A DNA stretch of 64,000 nt from Octopus vulgaris (GCA_951406725.2 OX597828.1:12648001-12712000), one strand, 5' to 3'; shown: positions 40,624-56,089, numbered from the stretch's first letter. The notes: generated from the letters alone by a model not told the origin. A program made the numbers and translations.

Positions 40624-41032
40624 GAATTTTTAGCAAAAGGCATCGAGGAAACATGGTTTTATTTTCTAGTAAATAAAGCGTATATTACGTATTCTGGGTG
40701 TTATCAATGAACACAAGAAGAATCGAGCTTTTGGGGGAGATTTTTCTGTTTTATTGTTTTGTATTCTTTCTGCTGGATCGTAGAAAAAGAGACATTTGAA
40801 ACATGCAAACTTGAAACCACTCTAAACCGATTCTGTTCGCCACGCAACATTCTCTTTTCCTTTTCGCTTTTTTTTACCTTTATTTAGACAAAAGGCTCTC
40901 ACTTGAAATGATTTTATTCGTTTTATCCTCAAAGAAAAAAAAATCAAATTTGTTTCTATTGTGTGGATGGGGGTATGAATTCTGAGAACATTTAAAAGAA
41001 GATCTGAATGCTGAAGGGAATTAATTGCCGAA

Positions 41033-41117
41033 TGTGGTACAAAAGAAGAAAGAATTTCAAGATACAATTTTCGCTGTGGTACAAAAGAAGAAAGAATTTC
41101 AAGATACAGTTTTCGCT
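41033..41117. repeat. 42-bp direct tandem duplication
   Basis: tgtggtacaaaagaagaaagaatttcaagataca.ttttcgc occurs twice. Confidence 0.9.
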
Positions 41118-41889
41118 ACCCTGATAGTGCTAATGAAGTTAGCACATTTTGATTTTTAAACTTGACACAACACAACCCCACAAATGATGTGAGAGCGCAG
41201 TCGTCGTAATTGATCCAGTATATGACTGGTAATAACAATAACAACCCCTACAATAAGGAAGGATAAAATTAACCTCGGCTTAGGTTGCAATATGTCTAAA
41301 TAACAGCAATATGTATATAAATAGGGGGAAAACTATTTACTGTATCAAAATTATATGTTCACCTTGTATTTACACCTGTAATGCAATTTGACACGTATAT
41401 GTGTCAATCAAATAAAAGTTATTTGCCGCTGCTTAGGACTTTTATGTCAGGTCATATCAAAAACTTTCTACTACAAGTAATCAGAGCTACTTATTTCATA
41501 GTCGGTCATTGGCGATTAAAATGGTGACTCAATTCTTGGGTGTCGCCATTGTGTATGATGTGTGAATGGACTTTCAGACAATACAAACAAAAACACGATG
41601 TTTGTCTACAAGGGTGTGTAATTCAACAAAGATTCAATGACCAAGCATGAAACTCATAAATGGAGTGGGGGCCCCATTGTTGCTGAATCTCTTCACCTCT
41701 GCACCCGATTGTCTTCCTCTCTCCCTTGTTTTTCCTCTGACACCGAGAGAAACCCCTTAATATATGCAAAGACCATCCAAAGTGACTTAAATCAGTTAGG
41801 GATAGTCATATTATCGGAAACGCGTGCCGTTCTCTTTCCTTTCTATCAGAATGTTTAGCTCTACTTTGTAAATGTAAGCAAATTTAATA

Positions 41890-42300
41890 TTGCTTTCAAA
41901 TTATGTCATAAGGCCAACAATTTCGGGGAAGAAGTTAAATTGATTACATTGACCCCATACTGGTACTTATTTTATCGATCCCGAAAGTATTATACTGTAC
42001 TTATTTTATCGACCTCGAAAAGATGAAAAGCAGAGTCAACCTCGGTGGAAGTCGAAGTCAGAACATAAAGACGAAGTGCCGCAAAGCATTTTGCCCGGCA
42101 AGCTAACGATTCTACTAGCTCACCGTTTTGGAAACAAACTTAATATTACTGTACTGTAATGACTACGGCGGTGCGCTGGCAGAATCGTTACTGCGTCGGA
42201 CAAAACGCTTACCAGCATTTATTCCGGCTTTACGTTCAACGTTCAAGTTTCGTCGAGGTCGACTTTGCCTTTCATCCTTTTGGAGTCAATAAAATAAGTA
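41890..42300. mobile_element. two diverged Meta-like SINEs head to head (41890-42125 minus, 42165-42300 plus)
   Basis: Family motifs on opposite strands. Confidence 0.75.
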
Positions 42301-42644
42301 CACGCACGCACACACGTTGGTCATATGATTTTTCAGAAAGTTCACATACGTAACGCACAAAACGCATACACACATGCATATATACATTCACACCCAACCC
42401 GTACACACTACTAATATTGTGTATGATCATACAATCGACTCACACTCACACACACACACACCTTCGTATCACACGTTTGATATCACTACAGCGTGTGAGG
42501 TGATGTGATTTCTTATCTCTCTCATTTCTGCTTCACAAACATAAGCATGTACACACACATATAGACAAGCACGGAGACATATTTACACATATATATACAC
42601 ACACGCACATAAATGTGACTATACATACATACATACACACACAC

Positions 42645-42676
<32 letters not shown>

Positions 42677-42826
42677 GCATGTATGTATACATATATATAT
42701 ATTTATATATATATATGCATATATGTATATATATGTATATATACATATATATATATATGTGTGTGTATGTATGTATGCATGTATATATATATATATATAT
42801 AATGTATATATGCATTATATATATAC

Positions 42827-42861
<35 letters not shown>

Positions 42862-42980
42862 CATATATACATACATATATACATATATGCATATATATAA
42901 AATATATAGAGAGAGAGAGATATATATATATATACATACATACATGCATACATACATACATACATACATACATACATACA

Positions 42981-43012
<32 letters not shown>

Positions 43013-43552
43013 CGTATTCATATATGTACTGTTGTGGGCATCAGCTAGAGTTATTTTTACTGCGTTAGACAAGGATCGAGTCCCTCCGGTATCATTAAAT
43101 ACACCCCTATCTGATCAAGACAGCAATAAAATAAAACAAAGGCCCAAAGAACAGTGGATTTTTATGTTTGTGTTTGTTTGTTCTTTACTTTTTTTTTCGT
43201 CTTTCTCTCTCTGTTTTTTTTTTTTTAATGTGCAATAAGTAAAACTTCAATGATATATAGATCAAGAATTTCATAATCGATATTTAGTTATAACAGGTCG
43301 TTTATGTGAGAAAATGTAGACATGGTTCTTTTTTACTGGTGAAAATGGTGTTAAAAATGCTATTTCTAAATAAGGTTAATAGCTTTTAATTATTTTATTT
43401 CGTATATTTGCTGTAATTTCGGTTTTCTTTTTAGTATTTTTGTATTTTTGTATTTTTTTGTTTTTGTTTTTGTTTTCTTTACTTTCACTTTCAAAATCAC
43501 ACAAATACCGCTTCAGCTGTTGCTTCTGCTGTTACTATTGGTTGAGTTGGAC

Positions 43553-43591
<39 letters not shown>

Positions 43592-44087
43592 GGTGGTGGT
43601 GGTGGTGGTGGTGGTATTGTTATTGATGTTATTGTTTTCCGATAGCTCTGATTTTATCCCGCCGCCTATTTGAAACTTCAAACCGGCATTGTTTAAAATA
43701 TAGTTTATTTTACTAAAGTTATTCTGGATAGTAAATCAAAGATACTTCCTCTTCTTTTTCTTTTTCCTTTTCCTTTTTTTTTTTTTTTTTCGTTTTTGCG
43801 GTGTTAGGGAGAGGGAATCATCAATGTGTTTTGGGTATGCGTGTATAGTATTTGTAAATGTTTGTACGTGTATGAGCATGTGTACGAGTGCGAATTGAAT
43901 TTAGATCACTCTTTTATGATTTTACAACAAAAATACTTACTTTCGTTTGTTTTAATATAACTTTCTGTTTTTGTATTTTCCAAACCTTATGTAGCAAATT
44001 TATATGCACAATATATGCACTCAAAAAAAATACATATATATAATATATATAACATATATGTGCGTGTGTACGTGTGTACACATAACT

Positions 44088-44159
<72 letters not shown>

Positions 44160-44749
44160 CAACGCTATCGTTTTTACTGCAATAGTTTCTCGTTCATTCT
44201 CATAAAGATTACGGCAGCTTCGCAATAGCCGTTCTTGTCTTCCATCTGTTTCCTGTTCCACCTAATCTTGATCTACGTTTAGTGTTAATATCAAACGATG
44301 CCACCATTGATGTTTCATCTTTAGTAGCTTGTTTGAAGTTCCATTCGTTGAGGTGAACCTGAAAGACTCTGCAACGGAAGTCTGTCAGAATTCATCCAAT
44401 GTTGGTCACATTTATAAACTTCAACACTTGTTAACTTCCTTCGACGAAGTGGCTTTTGAAAGTTTCCAAAGTTTTGTCTAACCATGAGAAATATTCCATC
44501 TTGGTAAAACACTTAAATAAAATGTCATGTGTTTCTGTAAAAATTACAGCTACATTGTAAATCTTAATGGAAGAAAAAGATCTGACTCAGGCTGTTCTAC
44601 AAACTGCTCTGGGAGAAAAATGGCGGCACATTAACATGAAGAGTATACCAGGAGAACTTCAAAGTAGACTTGATAGAAAGAAAAGCTACACCTCCTTCAA
44701 ATTATACACTGCACTATCTTTAAAAAGAGCATATTTGATTTGATAATAT

Positions 44750-45065
44750 TTATTTTATTTATGCGCCCTTTTTCAAGCCTAGCCAAGCTCATGGGCCCGG
44801 TTTCCCGGTTTCTGTGGCGTATATGTTCCTCCCAGCTGGACGGGACGCCAGTCCATCACAGCGTTACTCAAGAAACAAGAAGAAAGAGTGAGAGAAAGTT
44901 GGGGCGAAAGAGTACAACAGGGGTCTCCAGCACCCCCTGCCGGAGCCTCGTGGAGCTTTTAGGTGTTTTCGCTCAATAAACACACACAACGCCCGGTCTG
45001 GGAATCGAAACCGCGAACATCCGACCGCGAGTCCGCTGCCCTAACCACTGGGCCATTGTGCCTCC
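44750..45065 (-). mobile_element. SINE family 3 with V-domain-like 3' module
   Basis: Same head as 25218, but the 3' part reads gtgatggactggcgtcccgtccag..gaaaccggg. Confidence 0.85.
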
Positions 45066-46192
45066 TATTTGATAATATAGCCCTTAATAAACTTTGCCTG
45101 AAAGCAAAACACGACGGACACACATGGACGATCGTAAGTCTACACAAGTAGAAATGACGCGGAGTTATGCAACAATTTCAACAGTGCAGTAGATCGTCCC
45201 TGTGGCAGAAGGCTTGAGTTTAATACACGAGAATGGTGATTTTAGTATATCAAAATGGGTGGAAAAATTGATTGCTTGCATAGAGAAAACAACTTGGTTT
45301 AATATAGCGGGACACTGAAAAGACTGTGGCATGCATGCCTAATGAGAATACATGAGTGTCTTGATTGTGTAACAGAACAGAAAATGCTTCAACTACAAGC
45401 GATTCGAATGTGTTATCTATAATTAACGTCGGTCGCAAATCCACTTGGAAATAAATAGGATTCGTTTAAACAAATATAATGACACGATTTGCTGATTAAT
45501 CGAAATGAATAGTCTGTAGGTCATCTCGTATCTTTCCCAAAGGCATTAGGCAGAGTAAATGAAGTATGGTTACTTCAGCTGAAAGTTGAAATCGGGTCGC
45601 AGACTCAGATCACCGAGTGCTAATAACAATACTTCGGGTCATATTAACCATTTGTGAACTGGCTTATGTTCGAAGCACATATTGCCACGAAGTGAAATAC
45701 CATCTGTATAACAGACTTATATTTTCGTAAGTTCAATCCCTGAGGTATACTACAACTATCCAGTAACTGGATTTTAAACAACTGCAATGGAAGTGTGTCA
45801 GTGACTAGGTTGCAGACGAAACTTCTGACACTTCGCGAAGTGAATGGAAAGAGAATTTAGATGGTTGGAATGGTTCTTGTACGATATAATGGTTTCAGTT
45901 TCAAGATACAATCTCAAATTTCAAACGAGAACAACTCCGAAATATGTGTATACAACTCCGAAATAAATACTTGTGTACTTGTATGTATAGATGTGTGTAT
46001 GGATGTGTGTATGTATGAATGTGTGTGTGTGCGTACGCATGCGTGTGCGTGTGTGTATAGATAGAAAGATTGATAGACATATATATACACACACACTTAT
46101 ACATGCAAACGTATGTGCGTATAGAGATAGAGACAGACAGACAGGTAAATATATAGATAGATAGATATGAAATAGATACGTATATATGTATG

Positions 46193-46238
<46 letters not shown>

Positions 46239-46297
46239 AGTATATATCAGTACATACATATATGCATACATACTTACATACATATATACTTATATAC

Positions 46298-46367
<70 letters not shown>

Positions 46368-46599
46368 GATGGCTGCCCCCCACGAAGCTTAACTGTTATT
46401 GGTGCTGTGATCGAATGTGAATTTTATTTGCTTTTTAAGGCTACAGCCAGCCATTCAGTTGAGATTCACAGCACCATCAACAATCATGAACAATGTTGTT
46501 ATCGGGCAATGCCTGTGCAAGAATATTTTTTTTTAAGTGAGGAAAGGCTGTGCACTGAGTCAATTCCACTCACTAAGCAACAGCAGCCATAATCCGAAA

Positions 46600-46983
46600 A
46601 GAAGAACAAGTCAACATCATCGGTAACCACTGAGCCGCAGGTTTTATGTCGGAGTTATCCCAGTTACCTGAGTTACCTTCTCCTAGAAGGATGCCCTAAC
46701 AAAGGTTAGGAGTCCTTCACTCCCAATGGTTTAACCCCGCGATCGGGTATTCAGTCTGATTATTTCTATGTCCCCGCGCATGATACATTTATTGGATAGC
46801 CGTTGACTCTCAAAGTTCCTCCGCCCTTTGACGGATTTTGTTTTTCATCCCGCAGGGTGTCCAATAAACACCCTCCTCACCAAGCAAGCTTGGTGGGGTT
46901 GCCGGTTTAGTCGCCGACGGCCCGACCATGCAACAGGTTGTACTGGGTTGCATGTTACCTGTAGCACTCGAAAGTGACCTGAC
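46600..46983 (-). mobile_element. probable RTE/RTE-X 5' UTR remnant
   Basis: GC-rich block with gggcatccttctaggagaaggtaactc, resembling RTE-type 5' UTR motifs as recalled; abuts (CATA)n. Confidence 0.4.
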
Positions 46984-47164
46984 ATACATACATACATGCA
47001 TGAAAGCATCACTTCATACATACACACACATATACATACATACATGTATGCATGCATAGATACATGCATACATACATATATGCATGCATGCTTATAAGCA
47101 TGTATACATACATACATATATACATACATACATACATACATGCATACACGCACGCTTATTCAGA

Positions 47165-47830
47165 CGTAACTGTCACACATCAATAATTCTCCGTGTAAGA
47201 ACTTTGTCTTGCGTAAGTTGTGAGGCATCCAGTGATCCTGGTGAGTTGACGTAAATACGTTGTGTTCGGACGACCTGCTCCAGTACTGCCATGCTTTGGC
47301 ATCCATAAACAATAGGTCTTTTTCCAGTTCTTGTTTATCACACCAGCAAAATCGTGGGCACATCGGACACAATGCTTAGCTGCATTTAGTCCGCTGTTTT
47401 CACATTCCACCGCGGCCATCCTTGCCTTTCATCCTTCCTGCGTCGATGAAATAAGTACCAGTTGAGCACTGGGGTTGATGTAATCGAGTTACCCCTTCCC
47501 CTAAATTGCTGGCCTTGTGCCAAAATTTGAAATTATCCTTATTATTATTTTAAACGTAATTAAGATGGCGAGCTGACAGCAATGTCCCGCAAAGCGCAAG
47601 CGCTTTTCCTTTTTAATGGTGGAAACAGACAGATCTTCATCTGGCTGTTTCTTGGTGAGATGAGTTCTCCAAGATATTTTGAAGACTGCTCTGAACATTC
47701 GGGTTAAAGTTCCATCTTTTCTTTCTTTTTTTTTTTTTTTTTTTTTTGCTTGTGTTTTTCTCTTTTCTTATAAGTGTCCATGTTGCTGCCCCTAAACACT
47801 TTATAGGTACGGAAGATTTAAGAGAAAGCA
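47165..47830 (-). mobile_element. RTE-X-like 3' fragment interrupted by a Meta-like SINE (~47370-47560, plus)
   Basis: MFRAVFKISWRTHLT..KRLRFAGHC and LWMPKHG..GRPNTTYLRQL. Confidence 0.75.
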
Positions 47831-48024
47831 AAACAAAACCGCTCAGCATGTGATAGGGAGGAAATTTGCCTTTGACTTTGATGACGTGCTTCCGTCAAAT
47901 CCCTTGCAAAGCCTCCGCACCATTATGAGATGAAGGGATAGGAAGAGGATATATTGCCAATGACGAATATATAGCAATAATAGAAGTCCAATATTTCAAG
48001 AATGGTACCATAAACTATACTGAG

Positions 48025-48326
48025 ACCTCCTAAAAAGTTTCCCTCCCAGGCACAAGTCTGAGCAAGGTTGTTAATGGAAGACCAGCAGTCACCCATGCAT
48101 ACCGGCCTCCTCTCTCCACGCCACCAGTGTTATCCAAAGGAAAGGCAAAGGCCGATACAGCTTGGCACCTGTGACGTCGCAACTCATTTCTACAGCTGAG
48201 TGAACTGGAGCAACGTGAAATAAAGTGTCTTGCTCAAGAACACAACACGCAGCCCGGTCCGAGATTCGAGCTCACATCCACACGATCGTAAGCTCGACGC
48301 TCTAACCACTGAGCCATGCACCTTCA
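48025..48326 (-). mobile_element. CORE-type tRNA SINE
   Basis: Reverse complement of the 33948 family. Confidence 0.88.
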
Positions 48327-49475
48327 CAATAAACGATACTATTCCAGCCGTTATTGATGTATCGGTATTAGTTGTTCGTAGTGCGGCGATTGGGAGCGGC
48401 AGTTTCGACGCTGACGATTTGGCACGGCTAACTAGATATTCAGCTTCTTTTGATGACGGTACTTTTTGACACTGGTGTCAAAGACGCCTGCGCACGAAGA
48501 AATATATACATACAGAGAGAGCGAGAGTGAAAGAGAGAGGGGGATATTATATATACATAGAAACATAACTAGACGCTCACTCATATAAACACAGAGAAAG
48601 AGTGGGGAGTGGTGAAACGGGAGAAATATTGCTTTTAAACTTTGGTACAAGGCCAGTAAGTTCGGAGGAGCGGGTAAATCAACTACATCGACAGCAATGT
48701 TCGACTGGTACTTTTATCGAACTCAGAAGGATGAAAGGCAAAGTTGACCCCGGCTACATTTGAACTCAGAATGTAAAGTCAGAAGAAATGCCGTTAAGAA
48801 ACGAGAGAAATGTTAAAAACAAGAGAAACATTAAAACGTATATTGTCTAACTCATCGTTGAATCACCGACGCCAAATAGGCCGCGGCAACACGACTGCTC
48901 CAAAACGTCTCATACCCCTAATCGTTGTGGCTCAAACTTGCTTCTGCTGTTAAACTATTACTACTATAGATTCTATTCCTGCTGCTATTGTTACTACCAT
49001 TGCTAAAGAGGCGAGCTGGCAGAATCGTTAACACGTCGAACAAAATGCTTAGCGGCATTTTTGTCGGTCTTTACTTTCTGAGTTCACATTCCGCCGAGGC
49101 TGCCTTTGCCTTTCATCCTTTTGGCATCGATGAAATAAGTACCAGTACCAGTTGAGCACTGGGGTCGATGTAATCGACTTAGCCCCTTACCAAATTTGTT
49201 GGTCGTCCCGTTCCAAAATTTCAACCCAATATTACCACCGCTGCTAATCTATACCGGAACTTCTCAAACTTTGTTAACTATCGACTTTTTTCTTTTACTA
49301 ACACTTTTCCAACACCACCCCGCTTCTACGATGCTGCACCTTACATTACGAATATACATATACGTAATTTAGTCTTTGGTACTGGTTTGATGCGAGTGAC
49401 TACTTTATCATAGTACCGCTCTACTCTAAGCGAAAATATACCACATATATGCAGAAGTGGTATATAGTCGCTTTT

Positions 49476-49707
49476 AAGGCGGCGAGCTGGCAGAAACGTT
49501 AGCACACCGGGTGAAATGCTTAGCAGTATTTCGTCTGCTGCTACGTTCTGAGTTCAAATTCCGCCAAGATCGACTTTGCCTTTCATCCTTTCGGAGTCGA
49601 TTAAATAAGTACCAGTTACGCACTGGGGGCGATATAATCGACTTAATATCTATATCTGTCCTTGTTTGTCCTCTCTGTGTTTAGCCCCTTGTGGGTAGTA
49701 AAGAAAT
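49476..49707 (+). mobile_element. Meta-like SINE (tail A) flanked by a ~92-bp direct repeat
   Basis: Full copy; 49382-49473 is repeated at 49713-49776 + 50160-50187. Further diverged copies at 48630-48800 and 49008-49230. Confidence 0.92.
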
Positions 49708-49776
49708 GGATTCTGGTTTGATACGAGTGACTACTTTATCATAGTACCGATCTACTCTAAGCGAAAATATACCATA

Positions 49777-50159
49777 CTAGCAGTATCGCCCGGCGTTGCT
49801 CGGGTTTGTAAGGGAAATAACTATAAAGCATTTTTAGAGAGTTATAGCCAAAAAATAGCAAAAAATGGGAAAAAAATTATGGTAAATTTTTTTTTAGGGT
49901 TAAAAAGGTCGAGTTGCGTCCCCTAGACCATCTGTGGTTTGTGTTTCTGATTGTCGACCCCATGTCGAATTTATCGATCTTTTTCAGAACTGGAGGAACT
50001 TTTCAAAATTTTCGCTGTGTTAGTTTTGAATTATGACATTGGGCTATGTGTGTGTCAAGTTTCATCAGAATCGGTTGAAAGCCGTGGTCAGGGTGAGGGT
50101 ACAACCTAACAGACACACAGACACGCACACAGACAAACTGCCGTTTATATAGAGAGAGA
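49777..50159 (-). mobile_element. non-autonomous Helitron
   Basis: TC...hairpin-CTAG with A|T target and no TSD; the empty site is visible in the neighbouring duplicate. Confidence 0.93.
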
Positions 50160-50526
50160 TATATGCAGAGGTGTTATATAGTCGCTTCTGTTTATTTACT
50201 TTTTCACATTTCAAAGTCTATTATTATTGTTAATGCCGTCTTTGTTTTTACCATTATTGCTATGTTACGACTAACAATCTGTTTATCATATTACATTAAA
50301 GTTTTATTTTTAAAGTTAATATTCAAATGAAAGATAAAGACTGGAAAATAAACTGCAGCGATGCAACTATCTGTCGCCTCTCACTACAACCCGGTTTGCC
50401 TCCAATACCCATATTAAATTTTTTTTTCCACAGCCCCCAGGGGTGCGGTGCCGCCCACTTCTAAAACACTTGTCTATAGCAAATCGTTTTCAGTTGCTTA
50501 TAGATATGCTCATACACCCACATACC

Positions 50527-50584
<58 letters not shown>

Positions 50585-50833
50585 CATATACATATATATA
50601 TACATATATATACATATACATTATATACATATACATATATATATACATATATGTGTGTGTGTGTGTGTATTCTTTTATTTGTTTCAGTCTGCGGCCATGC
50701 TGGAGCACCACCTTTAGTCGAAGGGACATATTTGTAAGCGTACTACGTAGTCTATCAGACTCTTTTGCCGAACCGCTAAGATACAGGGACGTAAACACAT
50801 TAACATCGGTTGTCAGGCGATGGTGGGGAACTA

Positions 50834-50994
<161 letters not shown>

Positions 50995-51107
50995 CATATA
51001 TATACGTTTCCGTCTACCAAATCCAGTCACAAGGCTTTGGTCGTCTCGCAGTGGGACTGAAGCCGGAACCATATGGTAGGAAAGCAAGCGTCTTACAATG
51101 CAACCAC

Positions 51108-51170
<63 letters not shown>

Positions 51171-51171
<1 letters not shown>

Positions 51172-53045
51172 TTTGATACTTTGATACTTTGATAGGTTTC
51201 GGCCATTATTGGCCCAGGCCATGTTTAACTTAATAGCACCACCTGGTGAAGTCTTTCAAGTCAGAATTTGGGCACTATGGCCCACTCAAGTAGAGAGTTA
51301 TTGTTTACAGAGACATATCCGGGTGTTGGGGGTTTATCCGGGATTTCTTGAAGGAATCTGTCCAAAGACTTCTTGAACCCTATAGGGTCAGTTTCTGTTT
51401 TAATGTGTTTTGGTGTAATGTTAAAGAGAGCGGGGCCAATTGAGGTGAAATAATTGTGCCGTATTGTTGTTATGAGATGAGAGTGCGATTTTTGTTTTGG
51501 GCGGATGGCACGGGGCCCAAGCCTTGGATGTACCTTAAAGGTGATGCCAACTAGCTTTTCTAGTCGACCCCAATAGTCGAGGCCTGTCATGCCATATATC
51601 TTTTTTGTGATTGCCCTTTGAGGTGCTTCAACTTTTATGATACTTTGTTTTGTGTGGGGAGACCAGTGGACAACAGTATTCAAGGTGGGGTCGGGCAAAA
51701 GTGGAGAAGAGAAGGATAATGGTGGATATCTCTCGACTGGAAAGTTCTGAGAATCCAGGAACACATTCTGCGGGCCATGTCAACTTTGGTGTTTATATGA
51801 GTGGCCCAGCTTATGTTGTTGTCCACAATTACTCCCAAGTCTCTGATGTTGTTGGATGCCACGAGAGTTTCACCTGAAGGAAGGGGGTATGGGAGTTTCA
51901 GGGCATCCTCTTTTCCAAAGTGGATTAACTCAAATTTATCCTCGTTCAGCAGCATATTGTTTTTTTCTGCCCATTGGATAACAGCCAGTAGATCTGACTG
52001 AAGGCATGTCCGGTCACTCGCCTCATTTATGACCTTCTGTAGCTTGGAATCATCTGCAAAGATTTTTATGTTGCTGTGCTTGATGATGTCATTAATGTCA
52101 TTAATGTAGATGATGAAAAGAAGTGGGCCCAGCACAGTGCCTTGCGGAACGCCACTACTGACTTTGGCTGGGTTTGATTTTACCCCTTCAACTACAACAT
52201 GTTGAGATCTGTCTGTCAGGAAACACTTGATCCATTTCAGTAACTTTCCAGAGACACCAATGTTGGATAGTTTTTTCAATAGGATCTTGTGATCAACCCT
52301 GTTGAAGGCCTTACTGAAATCAAGGTAGATGACATCGGTGTTGGAGCCCTCTCCCAAAGCTCTTAAAATGTCGTCAAAGTGATGCAGGAGCTGCGTTAGG
52401 CAGTCCCTTCCATTACGGAACCCATGTTGGTTAGAGATCAGCCGTCTGTTGCTTTCCAGAAATTGGGTTATTCGAGATCTCACCACCCTCTCAAATACCT
52501 TGATGATATGAGAGGTGAGTGAGATCGGACGGTAGTTCACTGCAAGGGACTTGTTTCCCTTTTTGAAAACTGGGACAACAGACTGGGACAGAAGGTTTTT
52601 TGGAATATAGCCAGCATCCAGTGAGTTTCTCCACAGATTAGCAAGGGGAGATGCAAGTTGGTGTCGACACACCTTCAGGACACAAGCAGGGAACCTATCG
52701 GGGCCTACTGCTGAATTGTGTTTTATTTCGTTTATCGCCGCTAAGACATCAGGGGCACCAAACGTTATGTCCGATATAGTGTGTTGGGGGTTGACATCAC
52801 TGATACAGCCCAGATCGGCCATATCAGGATTGCTGAAAACAGAGCAGTATTGTTTCTGCAGTATCTCGGCCATGGATTTGGCATTATCTTGGAGAGTGCC
52901 AGTTTCATTAATAAGAGGGCCAACAATGGAGACAGTGACCCTGTGTTTCCTCGCAAATGAAAAGAACACTTTGGGGTTGAGTTTGATTTTTTCAATGGCC
53001 CACTTCTCCTCAGCTGATCTTTGGTTATTGATGAGGGTCTTCATG
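51171..53045 (-). mobile_element. CR1-group LINE, 5' truncated, RT domain largely open
   Basis: NYRPISLTS, QHGFR, YLDFSKAF, GVPQGTVLGPLLF, FADD; frameshift near 51700; 3' tail (ATCAAAGT)3; inserted in (TA)n. Confidence 0.95.
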
Positions 53046-53046
53046 C

Positions 53047-53119
<73 letters not shown>

Positions 53120-53199
53120 TATACGCGCGCTTGCGCCGGTTCACGTACGCATACGCGCATGCATGCACCTCGCTCGTGGACCCGGCTGGACCTCCCGCT

Positions 53200-54389
<1,190 letters not shown>

Positions 54390-55124
54390 TATATGTGTAT
54401 GTATGTATGTATGTGTGTGTGTAAAAAGAAACAGACTAGACTAGTCGTTAAAGTGATGGACGGATTGCCTCGCAGTGTTCGCTCTTGATCTCTGCGTTCT
54501 TAGCTCGAATACCGCTGAGGTCAACTTTGCCTTTTATACTTTCGGCGTCGATAAAATTACGTAGCATCCTTTTACTGCAGCCGATACTTCTCTGCTTCTT
54601 TCTTTCTCTTTGTCGCTCTGATTCTCTGTGTTTAGTGAGACCTGGGATAGAATCGGCTCAGCCGGCTTAAAATACGTAAAATCCGCCATATGTCGTGACG
54701 GTGCTCTCGGCCCATTATCAGAAGTTGAGAACCTGATCCTAGTCATGTGTGTGTGTGTGCGCGCGCGTGCATGTCTATATGTATGTGTGTAATCTTGATG
54801 AGAATTTTGGACAATGCAAGTTCAGTTTTCTCTTTAATTATGCACAAGACTCTAATTAGCATGAAAGTGGCTGAATATTCCTATGTCACGGCGGCTACTC
54901 CTAATGTACATCTCAAGTGGGATCAACGTAGTACAGTGTGACAAGGCTGAACCTTTGCATTATAGGTACAAACCCTTTGGCGGGCTTCTACACAGTTACT
55001 GTCGCCCCAACTTTAACTCACAAGACTTGAGTAGCCCTGAGGTTATAGTAACGACATTACCCTATTTGCCACGCGCTGTAATTGACCCATAGAGCTCGTG
55101 ATTACGAAGTAAACTTCTTAACCA

Positions 55125-55511
55125 TTCTTTTCTACTCTAGACACAAGGCCCGAAATTTTGGGTGAGCGGTTTAGACAATTAGATCGACCCCAGTACGCAA
55201 CTGGTACTTAATTTATCGACCCCGAAAGTCGACCTCGGTTGAATTTGAACTCAGAACGTAAAGACAGACGAAATACCTATTTCTTTACTACCCACAAGGG
55301 GCTAAACACAGAGAGGACAAACGAGGACAGACAAACGGATTAAGTCGATTATATCGACCCCAGTGCGTAACTGGTACTTATTTAAACGACCCCGAAAGGA
55401 TGAAAGGCAAAGTCGACCTTTGAACTCGACCTTTGAACGAATTTGAACTCAGAACGTATACCGCTAAGCATTTCGCCCGGCGCGCTAACGTTTCTGCCAG
55501 CTCGCCGCCTT
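55125..55511 (-). mobile_element. dimeric Meta-like SINE
   Basis: Same internal junction (aaagaaataggtatttcgtctgtc) as 474-862. Confidence 0.9.
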
Positions 55512-55624
55512 ATCTTAACTTCTTAACCATTCATCTACACATTTATCCATCTATGTGTGAGCGTGTACACGTGGGTGTGGGCGTGCGAGTGCGTTTGTGC
55601 TGCCTTCACTGTTTATTTATTTAT

Positions 55625-56089
55625 TTATTTATTTATTTAAATTCCTCTCTGAAGGCAAGATCTGGTTTCTAACAAAGAAACAAAACCCTTATCACTGGAA
55701 TTTGGATCCCTGCCACGAATGTCTTGTATATTTGTAATGTTCCATTTACAAATTATTTCTGTAACGTTTTTATTGATCGCCCTTGCTTGAAAATCTTAGC
55801 TTTTCGAGATTGTCACTTAGACATTTAGAAACATAACCAGGAACTTTATAAACAGAGCAAACATGATGTAAGTTTATGCATGTTCCCTTCTGCTTTTAAT
55901 TATTTGAATTCTTCATTTAATGAAGGAGTTGGTTTCTAATAAAGATTAAATCTCTATCGTTGGAACGCAGTTAGAAAACAATGACACATTTTTTTTAACT
56001 TGAGAAAGTCTTGCATACTTTTACTATTCCGCTTACAGACTATACTTAGAATGTATATGTTAGCTGGTTGATTTCTTTTTCTAGAAAAC
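55625..56089 (-). mobile_element. 3' ends of two tandem R4-like RLE elements (the second continues at 62111)
   Basis: GYVSKCLSDNLEKL at ~55800-55830; shared 3' UTR motif ggtttctaa.aaaga at 55664, 55931 and 62557. Confidence 0.65.

Noticed and set aside
44180-44520. Possible decayed coding sequence on the minus strand
   Set aside because: Stops interrupt the frames examined and no motif could be assigned with confidence.
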